Shown here piece after piece: positions 27,450-35,631 of a DNA stretch of 58,784 nucleotides (within the stretch, counting starts at the first letter, position 1; every line of letters starts with the position of its first letter). Position numbers and translations under genes: made by a program. Origin of the DNA: an uncultured Coriobacteriaceae bacterium (GTDB lineage Bacteria; Actinomycetota; Coriobacteriia; Anaerosomatales; Anaerosomataceae). The stretch is taken from assembly GCA_964392965.1 (NCBI GenBank), contig CAYMSA010000001.1:6689-65472 (forward strand), in the 5' to 3' direction. A model generated the notes under the pieces. It was given only the letters and a program-made list of their open reading frames with translations. It ran no database searches and was not told the origin of the DNA.

Positions 27450-28307
27450 ATGGCCACCGAGAAGATCGCGATCCTCGTCGACTCCGGCTCAGACGTCCCG
27501 AAGGAGTACCGCGACAAGTACCACATGTACATCGTTCCGCTGACGATCATCTACCGCGACGGCGAATATCGGGACGGCATCGATATCCAGCCTGAGGACG
27601 TGTACGCACGCTTCTCCGAAGAGATTCCCTCCACGTCGCTCCCGAGCCCGGGCATGGTGGCGGACATCTTCAAGCGGATCCGCGCAGACGGCTACGACAA
27701 GGTGGTGGCCATCGCCATCTCAAGCGGTCTGAGCGGTACGTACGGCGTTATGAAGAGCTGCGGCCCTGCGCCGGAGGGTCTCGAGACCTGCTACATCGAC
27801 ACGAAGAACATCGGCATCGGCAGTGGCTTCTCGGCGATTCTGGCCGCACAGCTCATCGAGCAGGGACTCCCGTTCGCCGAGATCTGCCGTGAGGTGGAAC
27901 GGGTCGCACACCAGACGAAGCTCTTCTTCTGCGTCTCCACGCTCGAGTACCTCGCCAAGGGCGGACGGATTGGCCACGTCTCGGCCATGCTCGGCACGTT
28001 CCTGAACCTCAAACCCGTTATCTCCTGCAACGAGGAGGGTGTCTACTACACGGTCGCCAAGACGCGCGGACGCAAGAAGTCCCTCGCCCTGGCTGTCGAG
28101 AAGGCCGTGCAGTTCGCGCAGGGTGCCCGTCGGTACAACATCACCGTCATGCACGGTGACGCGCAGGAGGAGGCCGACGCGGTCATAGCGGCCCTCAGGG
28201 CCCAGCTTCCCGACTCGGGCATCTCGATCGAGGGACAGATCACACCGGCGCTCGTCGTACACACTGGTCCGGGACTCATCGGCGTCGGCGTCCAGCTGCT
28301 GGACTGA
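27450..28307 (+). CDS. DegV-family fatty-acid-binding protein
   Basis: KIAILVDSGSDVP, STSLPSPG, ISSGLSGTY, STLEYLAKGGRIG. Confidence 0.88.
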   Translation: MATEKIAILVDSGSDVPKEYRDKYHMYIVPLTIIYRDGEYRDGIDIQPEDVYARFSEEIPSTSLPSPGMVADIFKRIRADGYDKVVAIAISSGLSGTYGVMKSCGPAPEGLETCYIDTKNIGIGSGFSAILAAQLIEQGLPFAEICREVERVAHQTKLFFCVSTLEYLAKGGRIGHVSAMLGTFLNLKPVISCNEEGVYYTVAKTRGRKKSLALAVEKAVQFAQGARRYNITVMHGDAQEEADAVIAALRAQLPDSGISIEGQITPALVVHTGPGLIGVGVQLLD

Positions 28308-28436
28308 CCGCCCAACTGGTAGAAGGTGTATAGTCCGGAGAGCGCAGCCGCCGGGCATCTGCGGGGTGCACCCGTATCGGTCTCAGAACCCGCCCGTGCG
28401 GTGCGTCGAATGACGTCGGCACAAGCGGGAGGATTC

Positions 28437-29195
28437 ATGAGCACACTCCTGGCGGTGAACGGACTGCGGAAGTCCTACGGAGAGCTCGAAGCCGTCAAGG
28501 GCGTAGACTTCCACATCGATTCCGGGGAGATCTACGCACTCATCGGCCCGAACGGGGCTGGCAAGACAACCGTGCTCCGCATGGTGGCGACCATCCTGAA
28601 GCCTTCGGCAGGGACGATCACACTCGATGGGATCGATGCCGCGCGGGATCCCGCCGCCGTCCGCAAGATCATCTCGTATCTGCCTGAAGAGGCAGGCGCG
28701 TACAAGAACATGCGCGCCATCGACTACCTGCGGTTCGTCGCCCGCATCTTCTACGCGGACCCGCAGAAGGTGGCTGCAGCGGTGGAGACCGCGCGTGACG
28801 TCTCTGGCCTCGGCGACCGCCTCGGCGACAAGCTCGGTTCGTACAGCAAGGGCATGACGCGTAAGTTGCTGCTCGCGCGAACGGTCATGACGCATCCCCG
28901 GCTCGCGATACTCGACGAACCCACGAGCGGCCTCGACGTCCTGAACGGCCTGGAGATTCGGGACCGCGTCCGGGAGCTCGCCGGCCAGGGCATGTCGGTG
29001 CTGCTGTCCAGCCACAACATGCTCGAGATCGAGTACCTCGCGGACCGCGTCGGCATCATCGACCGGGGCGTCATCCGCGACACGGGCACACCCGCCGAGC
29101 TCAAGGAGCGGCACGGCGCCGATAACCTCGAGGCGGTCTTCGGCATCCTGGCTGGCCGCTCGCGCTCGTTGGCCAGGGAGGCGGTGGCCCGATGA
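28437..29195 (+). CDS. ABC transporter ATP-binding protein (ABC-2/NatA-like exporter)
   Basis: Start trimmed to Met38 (GGGAGGA RBS). GPNGAGKTT, YSKGMTRKLLLAR, AILDEPTSGLD. Confidence 0.85.
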   Translation: MSTLLAVNGLRKSYGELEAVKGVDFHIDSGEIYALIGPNGAGKTTVLRMVATILKPSAGTITLDGIDAARDPAAVRKIISYLPEEAGAYKNMRAIDYLRFVARIFYADPQKVAAAVETARDVSGLGDRLGDKLGSYSKGMTRKLLLARTVMTHPRLAILDEPTSGLDVLNGLEIRDRVRELAGQGMSVLLSSHNMLEIEYLADRVGIIDRGVIRDTGTPAELKERHGADNLEAVFGILAGRSRSLAREAVAR

Positions 29196-30478
29196 GAACC
29201 TTCTTCGTGCTCGTACACAAGGAGCTCAGGGAGCTCGTCACCATGCAGATGCTCGCGCCGTTCATCGCGGTCATCGCCATCTTCTTCGCCTTGAGTGGCG
29301 TCATCGGATCGGCCGGTGAAGATGCGGCCAGTGCACGGATCACCGTGATCGACAACGACAGGACACCCTACTCGGCGGTGGTCGTCGCCTCACTCGAGAG
29401 CGTGGGCCTTGCCGTCGATATCGCCGAGGGCACTATGGAAGACGTGGCGAGCACGCACGCCGGCAAGGGGACCGCGCTCTTCGTGCAGGTCCCGGCGGGC
29501 TTCGCCGAGTCGCTGCGCGCCGGTGAGTCGGGCGATCTTGCAGTGCGCACGGTCATGAGCGACTTCTCGCTCATGGGTACGCAGTCCTCGGCACAACTGC
29601 AGGCAGGCCTCGCGATAGCCGGCCAGGCGCTCGTCACCCAGGTGATGACGGACGAGGGAGTCGACCTCCCGGTCACGCTCGTACAACAGCCCCTGCGCGT
29701 CACCGAGAGCGTGACGGTTGGGGAGAACACCGCAGCGACGAGTGCGGCGGCTGTCGCCGGTTTCATCAGCCAGCAGACGGTCTTCATCCCTATCGTGCTC
29801 TTCGTCGTGATCGTCTTCGCGGCCCAACTCATCGCGACGACGATCGCTACGGAGAAGGAGAACAAGACGCTCGAGACGCTGCTCTCCTACCCGATCAGCC
29901 GCACGGCACTGGTCACCGCCAAGATGGTGGCGGCCGGAATCGTCTCACTGCTTGCGGCGGGCGCGTACATGGTGGGCATGCGGCAGTACATGACCGGCCT
30001 TGAGGCCGGGATGGGCGGCGGGGGCTCGGAGGGCATCAGCCAGGCCACCCAGGTGGCGATGCGAGAGCTTGGTCTGACGCTCGGCGCGACGGACTATATG
30101 ACGCTCGGCCTGTCGCTCTTCGCCGGCATCCTGCTCGCGCTCTCGATCGCGATCATCCTCGGCGCGTTCGCCGAGAGCGTGCGCGCGGTAGGTGCACTCA
30201 TCACCCCGCTCATGGTGCTGCTCATGGTGCCGTATCTTCTCACGATGTTCGTGAACCTCGAGACCGCCTCAACGGTCCTCAAATGGGTGGTACTCGCCAT
30301 CCCGTTCACGCACCCGTTCCTGGCGGCCCAGAACCTGTTCCTCGGTAACGACGCCGCGGTATGGGCGGGCATCGGCTACCAGGCGGTGTGGTTCGTGGCG
30401 TTTGCGATCATCGCCGCCCGTATCTTCTCGAGCGACCGCATCCTCACCATGAAGCTCGCGCTGCGAGGCAGGAAGTAG
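29192..30478 (+). CDS. ABC-2 family transporter permease (NatB-like)
   Basis: 428 aa. N-terminal TM helix, a large extracytoplasmic loop, then 5 C-terminal TM helices. ATGA overlap with the ATPase. Confidence 0.7.
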   Translation: MRTFFVLVHKELRELVTMQMLAPFIAVIAIFFALSGVIGSAGEDAASARITVIDNDRTPYSAVVVASLESVGLAVDIAEGTMEDVASTHAGKGTALFVQVPAGFAESLRAGESGDLAVRTVMSDFSLMGTQSSAQLQAGLAIAGQALVTQVMTDEGVDLPVTLVQQPLRVTESVTVGENTAATSAAAVAGFISQQTVFIPIVLFVVIVFAAQLIATTIATEKENKTLETLLSYPISRTALVTAKMVAAGIVSLLAAGAYMVGMRQYMTGLEAGMGGGGSEGISQATQVAMRELGLTLGATDYMTLGLSLFAGILLALSIAIILGAFAESVRAVGALITPLMVLLMVPYLLTMFVNLETASTVLKWVVLAIPFTHPFLAAQNLFLGNDAAVWAGIGYQAVWFVAFAIIAARIFSSDRILTMKLALRGRK

Positions 30479-30500
30479 CGAGACACAGCAGAGAGACGAG

Positions 30501-30541
30501 AGCGCCGTCGCCCGGAGCATCATGCCCCCGGCGACGGCGCT
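30501..30541. terminator. 12-bp perfect GC hairpin (extendable by an outer 8-bp GAGACACA/TGTGTCTC stem, 30480..30549)
   Basis: AGCGCCGTCGCC-(17 nt)-GGCGACGGCGCT between convergent genes. Confidence 0.55.
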
Positions 30542-30589
30542 TGTGTCTCCCGGCACTATGTCCACTGCCGGAATCGCAATCGCCGAGTA

Positions 30590-31450
30590 CTACTCGCCCG
30601 GCGCGTGGTCCCATCCGAGGACGAGAACACCTCGGTCGTAATCGGCCATGAAGGCGACCGTCACGCGGTACTTCCCGTCGACCCACGTCACCATATGTGC
30701 GTCACGATCGATGGCGAACTCCTCCTTGTCCGCGTAGCGCTCCTCGAAGTACGAGTAGCAGCCCTCGGTGTCGAGATCCACCTTGCCGTCACCGTCGAGG
30801 TCCACGACGTCGAAGTGCTTCGTGTATTTCATGTCGTTGTCCTCGTACGTGACCCGGTAGTACATGTCCTCGAAGAAGTCGAAGCATGCCGGGACCTCAA
30901 CGAGGTCCGCAGGGTAGTCGGCCAGGAACGGATTCACCTCGGTGACCTCGGCTCTGGGGAGATCAACGCTCATGTAGACGATGTTGTAGCTCTCCTGCTC
31001 ACCCGTGTTGATCCACACATCGTACTTGCCGATGGTGCCCACGACGATGTCTCCGACTGTGGACTCCTCGTCGATCGTGTCCATCAGGCCCTTGTAGTAC
31101 TCCCGGACTTCGGCGATGTCGGCGTCGGTGTGGTAGACGACGTGATACGTGTTCCGCAGGCCGCCCTCCACGGCAGCCCACTGCGGATCGTTGCGCACCG
31201 AGTAGTACACCAGGTCGAGCATCGTGCTCTTGTAGAGCGGCACGACGTCCTCGGGGTAGCCGTCCAGGAGTGTCACCTCCCAGGTATCGGCCGATGTGAG
31301 CTCGCTGGTGTCTCCGGTCGACTCCCCCTCGCCCGCCGTCGCTGTCGGTTCCTGCTGGCTGCCCGCGTCCTTCCCGTTCGCCCCCGCACATCCCGACAGC
31401 GCCAGCAGCCCACTCAGAAGCAGCGCTACGACAAGCGTGATCGGCCTCAT
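30590..31450 (-). CDS. Secreted lipoprotein, function unknown (contains a DxDxDG Ca-binding-like motif)
   Basis: MRPITLVVALLLSGLLALSGC lipobox and DVVDLDGDGKVDLD motif. No family recognised. Confidence 0.55.
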   Translation of the reverse strand: MRPITLVVALLLSGLLALSGCAGANGKDAGSQQEPTATAGEGESTGDTSELTSADTWEVTLLDGYPEDVVPLYKSTMLDLVYYSVRNDPQWAAVEGGLRNTYHVVYHTDADIAEVREYYKGLMDTIDEESTVGDIVVGTIGKYDVWINTGEQESYNIVYMSVDLPRAEVTEVNPFLADYPADLVEVPACFDFFEDMYYRVTYEDNDMKYTKHFDVVDLDGDGKVDLDTEGCYSYFEERYADKEEFAIDRDAHMVTWVDGKYRVTVAFMADYDRGVLVLGWDHAPGE

Positions 31451-31632
31451 CCAGCTTCCTCTCTCCTCGATACGCACGAATCAGCGCGACATCAGGCGAT
31501 ACACTCCAGACGTCGTGGGTTATCCTCACTCTCGCAGAGTGTATCGGCAAGATGCTCCGCTCGCCTTGAACGCACAACAGGTCTGCGCGTCCAGGATTCC
31601 GGCGGAGAACGAACGTCGGAAGGCGTGACCCC

Positions 31633-33258
31633 ATGACACACCCACAGCTGCTCGCGGCAATGAGCGCTCCCGAGTTCTACCCGCACTGCCCCGATGAGGT
31701 CGAAGTCATCCAGACGCACATCTCGTTCGTCTTCCTGGCAGGTGACTTCGTCTACAAGGTGAAGAAGGCGGTCGACTTCGGCTTCCTGGACTTCACGACA
31801 CTCGAGAAGAGACGCCACTACTGCAACGAAGAGCTACGACTCAACCGTCGCCTGGCACCGGATACGTATATCGAAGTCGCGGAGATCGTCGAGCGCCCTG
31901 ACGGCAAGCTCGTCCTTGGCGGACCGGGCACCGTCGTGGATCACGCCGTTGTCATGCGGCGGCTTCCCGAAGAACGGATGCTCAAGAACCTCCTGAGAAG
32001 TGGTGACGTCTCCCCCGCCGATATGGATCGTATCGCGCGGACGATCGCCGACTTCCATGCCCGGGCACAGACCGGCGGAACGGTGGATGGAGCCGGTGGA
32101 CCTGCCACGATCGCGCGCAACCACGACGAGAACTTCGAGCAAACGCGTCGGTTCATCGGTGTGACTGTTCCGCCGCACCAGTACGAGTTCATCCGCTCGG
32201 CGACGCTCCGCTTCCTCGAGACGCATGCGGACCTGCTCCGCGAGCGGGTCACCGCGCATCGCACGCGCGACTGCCACGGCGACCTCCACATCGAGCACAT
32301 CTGTCTGCTCGACACGAGCGTCGTCGTCTTCGATTGCATCGAGTTCAATGAGCGCTTCCGCTGCTCGGACGTCGCCGCCGAGGTCGCCTTCCTCGCGATG
32401 GACCTGGACTTCAACGGCTACCCTGAGCATGCCCGGGCCTTCGTCGACGCGTACGTGAACCACTCGGGAGACGGCGGCGTCCGGCTCCTGCTCGACTTCT
32501 ACCGCTGCTACTACGCGTTCGTGCGCGCCAAGGTGACCGGCTTCAGGATCGACGAGCCCGGCATCTCGCCCGCCGAACGCGAACGCCTCACACAGACGGC
32601 GAAGCGCTACTTCGACTTCGCGTACACGTACGCTGGCAGGCCGGAGCGCCCGGTACTCGCGCTCATGACGGGCCTCATGGGAACGGGCAAGAGCGTCATC
32701 GCCCGGGAACTGGCGCCACGCCTGGACGCGGAGCTCATCCAGATGGACGCGCTGCGCAAGGAGCTGCTCGGCATCCCCGCCAAAGAACATCACTACGAGG
32801 CGTTCGGGCAGGGCGTCTACTCGCTCGAAGTTACACAGCGCACGTACGCCGAGGCACTGACACGGGCGCGCACAGCACTGTCGGCAGGACGATCGGTCGT
32901 CATCGACGCCTCATACGGTCGCCAGCGCGACAGGAATGCAGCGGCACGGCTGGCCGGGGAGACCGGTGCTTCCGTCATGGTGATCGAGTGCCGTTGTGAC
33001 GAGACGATCGTGCGGTCACGACTCAATGCACGGGAAGCGCTGCCCGGGGAGGTGTCTGACGGTCGTTGGGAGATCTATGCAGCACAGAAAGCAGCGTTCG
33101 AGCCGGTCACCGAGGTGACACCCGGAACGCATGTCGTGCTCGATACGGCGATGAGACTCGAATACTCCATCGATACGGTGCTACGCCAGAGCAAAGGACT
33201 CCCGCCAGCGGATCCGGATGCCCGGTCATGGACATGCGCCGACGGGAGCCCCCTGTGA
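31633..33258 (+). CDS. Fusion protein: N-terminal APH-like (aminoglycoside/choline-kinase fold) phosphotransferase plus C-terminal P-loop (AAA_33-type) kinase
   Basis: N-half: VIQTHISFVFLAGDFVYKVKK and catalytic CHGDLHIEHICL (HGDLH). C-half: Walker A MTGLMGTGKSVIAREL, then VVIDASYGRQRDR. Confidence 0.7.
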   Translation: MTHPQLLAAMSAPEFYPHCPDEVEVIQTHISFVFLAGDFVYKVKKAVDFGFLDFTTLEKRRHYCNEELRLNRRLAPDTYIEVAEIVERPDGKLVLGGPGTVVDHAVVMRRLPEERMLKNLLRSGDVSPADMDRIARTIADFHARAQTGGTVDGAGGPATIARNHDENFEQTRRFIGVTVPPHQYEFIRSATLRFLETHADLLRERVTAHRTRDCHGDLHIEHICLLDTSVVVFDCIEFNERFRCSDVAAEVAFLAMDLDFNGYPEHARAFVDAYVNHSGDGGVRLLLDFYRCYYAFVRAKVTGFRIDEPGISPAERERLTQTAKRYFDFAYTYAGRPERPVLALMTGLMGTGKSVIARELAPRLDAELIQMDALRKELLGIPAKEHHYEAFGQGVYSLEVTQRTYAEALTRARTALSAGRSVVIDASYGRQRDRNAAARLAGETGASVMVIECRCDETIVRSRLNAREALPGEVSDGRWEIYAAQKAAFEPVTEVTPGTHVVLDTAMRLEYSIDTVLRQSKGLPPADPDARSWTCADGSPL

Positions 33259-34163
33259 AATCGGCACTCGACTGCATTCCCTGCCTGCTCAGACAGGCAC
33301 TCGAAGCACTGAGGATGGCCACAGATGATCCGGACGTCCACCGGCAGGTGCTGCACGACGTCCTGTCCTTCATGGCCGACACAGGGCTGCACGAGTCACC
33401 TCCGCGCCTTGCGCAGCAGATGCACAGACTGCTGCGTGAAGCGACCTGCGTGGACGATCCGTACCGGGAGGCCAAGGCGCGTCACAACACGATCGCGCTC
33501 GGGTTGCTTCCTGAGTTCAGCAAGCTCGTCGCGACAGCCCCGGACCCCCTGGACATGGCGATACGTCTGGCGATCGCCGGCAACGTGATCGACATGGGCG
33601 TGAAGCAGGAGACCACGGAATCCGATATCCGAATGGCCCTGGAGCAGGCCCGGCAAAGGCCACTCTTCGGCGATGCGACTGCCCTCCGCAGAGCGCTCGT
33701 AGACGCCCGGGATGTCCTGTACCTTGCGGACAACGCCGGAGAGATCGTCTTCGACCGCCTGCTCGTCGAGCAGATCGGACCCGAGCGGGTCACCGTAGTG
33801 GTCCGCGGTGCACCGGTGATCAACGATGCGACGCTCGCCGATGCCAGCGACGCCGGTCTGTGCGACCTCGTCCCCGTCACCGATAACGGCTCGGATGCCC
33901 CTGGAACACTGCTCTCGTACTGCGACGAGGCGTTCCGCCGCCGGTTCGCCGACGCCGGACTCATCATCGCCAAAGGCCAGGGCAACTACGAATCACTCAG
34001 CGAGACCGACCGGCGGGTGTTCTTCCTCTTCAAGGTCAAGTGCGCGCTCGTCGCCGACGATGCGGGCATGCCTCTCGGCGCGCATGTCGTCATCGACTCA
34101 CGACGGCCACCGGACCCGTCCCGGGACCACAAGCATCAGGAACCGGCCGGGGTGCGGCCGTGA
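33228..34163 (+). CDS. DUF89 (ARMT1-like damage-control phosphatase) family protein
   Basis: CIPCLLRQALEA, DPYREAK, LYLADNAGEIVFD, IIAKGQGNYESL motifs. The start is either ATG 33228 or GTG 33255 (GTGA overlap with the upstream stop). Confidence 0.7.
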   Translation: MDMRRREPPVKSALDCIPCLLRQALEALRMATDDPDVHRQVLHDVLSFMADTGLHESPPRLAQQMHRLLREATCVDDPYREAKARHNTIALGLLPEFSKLVATAPDPLDMAIRLAIAGNVIDMGVKQETTESDIRMALEQARQRPLFGDATALRRALVDARDVLYLADNAGEIVFDRLLVEQIGPERVTVVVRGAPVINDATLADASDAGLCDLVPVTDNGSDAPGTLLSYCDEAFRRRFADAGLIIAKGQGNYESLSETDRRVFFLFKVKCALVADDAGMPLGAHVVIDSRRPPDPSRDHKHQEPAGVRP

Positions 34164-34531
34164 AGCACATCGCGTAGCGCGGTCTCGATACCTGCATCCG
34201 ACACTCCCAGGAGACGTGCCTCGCCGACGAACGCCGCCGCGAGTGACGCGAGCCGTGTCTGCCGTTCGACCGCCGGCAACACATGGGCCGGGGCCAGCAC
34301 GGTGGTCCCGCCACCTCGTCGCGTGGCGACGAGACCCGCCGCATCGAGCTCTGCATACGCCCGCATGACGGTCCCCGGCGCCACGCCGAGGTCGGACGCG
34401 AGCTGCCGAACGGTGGGCAGGCGCGTGCCCTCCGCAAGCCCCCCTGAGCCGATGGCGGTTGCAAGCTGCCGCCGCAGCTGCTCGTAGGGTGGCGTGGGGT
34501 CCCGGGGGTCGAGTCGTAGCGCAAGCGTCAT
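34136..34531 (-). CDS. GntR-family transcriptional regulator, short YtrA-like subfamily
   Basis: PPYEQLRRQLATAIGSGGLAEGTRLPTVRQLASDLGVAPGTVMRAYAELDAAGLV winged-HTH with a short C-terminal domain. Start trimmed to Met17; 4-bp overlap with the upstream membrane-protein gene. Confidence 0.8.
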   Translation of the reverse strand: MTLALRLDPRDPTPPYEQLRRQLATAIGSGGLAEGTRLPTVRQLASDLGVAPGTVMRAYAELDAAGLVATRRGGGTTVLAPAHVLPAVERQTRLASLAAAFVGEARLLGVSDAGIETALRDVLHGRTPAGS

Positions 34532-35448
34532 GATGTCCGCACCGCCCCGCTGCCGGGGACGAGGACGAGGACTGCACACCAGATCGCAACGACGATCGAC
34601 GCGATCACCAATAGGCCGAAGAGTATTCCACCGAGCCCGTACCAGACGCCGAACTCGTGCATCCCGCCCACGCTCAGGCCCGCCCCTGCCGCGACGCCTG
34701 CGAGACTCAGGCTCGCCACAAGACCGATTGCCGCAACCACCCCCTCGGCGGTCTGGCGACGCAAGGCATCGTCGGCGGACACGAGCTGTGAGTCGGAGCC
34801 GTTGCGCGGACGAAGGGCGGTCAACCGGAGCGCGAGCAGGCCGAGGAGCAGGACGATCGGCAGTCCGATGCCGAGCGCGACCGTGTAGAACGCTCCCGGA
34901 AAGGGCGTCTGAGTACTACTCACGGGAACGGGCTCGAATCCTCCCCCCGAGGCGATCTCCTGCACGCCGGTGACGGTGAACGCGCGCTCGCGACCGAACT
35001 CGTCCACGTCGGCCACGACAGTGCTCCATGCGCCGGAGGCGAGAAGTAGCGCCAGAAGCACCGTGACAGTGACGCTGAGCGCGCGCGGGACGTAGTCTCG
35101 CACTCGCCGGTGCTCGATGCCGGCAACGCCCTCGGTGCGTGCCCCTCCGTAAGCGAGCTGCTGGCCACCCATGATCGCGACGAGCATCACGATGCCCGCC
35201 GCCGGAGGCGCCGCGAACAGACCCCGGCCCAGCTCGCCGAGGCCTGTCACCACGGTGAACGTCACCACTGCGAGAGCGAAGCCCACGTAGCGGGCGGCCA
35301 TCGTCGAACGCCGCAACGACGCGAGCCCGGGGTAGCGCTGCGCATCGAGCACGACGGCTCGATTGCGACGAACCGCCCATACCACGATGATCACGCCCAC
35401 CACGACGGGAACGAACGGGATGAACATCACCAAGAGCCGGGGCACCAT
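34528..35448 (-). CDS. Polytopic membrane protein, function unknown (first gene of the GntR operon)
   Basis: 306 aa with at least 7 hydrophobic segments. AAGGAGG RBS at 35454..35460. Confidence 0.6.
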   Translation of the reverse strand: MVPRLLVMFIPFVPVVVGVIIVVWAVRRNRAVVLDAQRYPGLASLRRSTMAARYVGFALAVVTFTVVTGLGELGRGLFAAPPAAGIVMLVAIMGGQQLAYGGARTEGVAGIEHRRVRDYVPRALSVTVTVLLALLLASGAWSTVVADVDEFGRERAFTVTGVQEIASGGGFEPVPVSSTQTPFPGAFYTVALGIGLPIVLLLGLLALRLTALRPRNGSDSQLVSADDALRRQTAEGVVAAIGLVASLSLAGVAAGAGLSVGGMHEFGVWYGLGGILFGLLVIASIVVAIWCAVLVLVPGSGAVRTS

Positions 35449-35457
35449 GGTCGCCTC

Positions 35458-35481
35458 CTTGTATCACCTATATGGTACAAG
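35458..35481. promoter_or_regulatory. Candidate GntR/YtrA operator: imperfect 24-bp palindrome plus an extra half-site at 35517..35525
   Basis: CTTGTATCA-cctata-TGGTACAAG (8 of 9 symmetric), abutting the RBS of the membrane-protein/GntR operon. TGATACAAG at 35517..35525 is the exact reverse complement of the left half. AT-rich island in a GC-rich background. Confidence 0.5.
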
Positions 35482-35631
35482 CACCGTAGCACAGGCCTGG
35501 AGATGTGTCACTACCCTGATACAAGTTGGCACACCGCAGCCCGGGTGACGGGAGTGACGATAGTCATCGGGACGAGACCGTTGACCGACCGTTCAGGTGG
35601 GCGCCGCACACCGGAACCGCGCGGGTGCATA

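Noticed and set aside
35110-35631. 5' extension of the 719-aa track ORF for the glycosyltransferase
   Set aside because: The extension runs antisense through the neighbouring membrane-protein gene and across the AT-rich operator region. It has His/Arg/Asp-rich junk composition, so the start was moved to 35632 or later.
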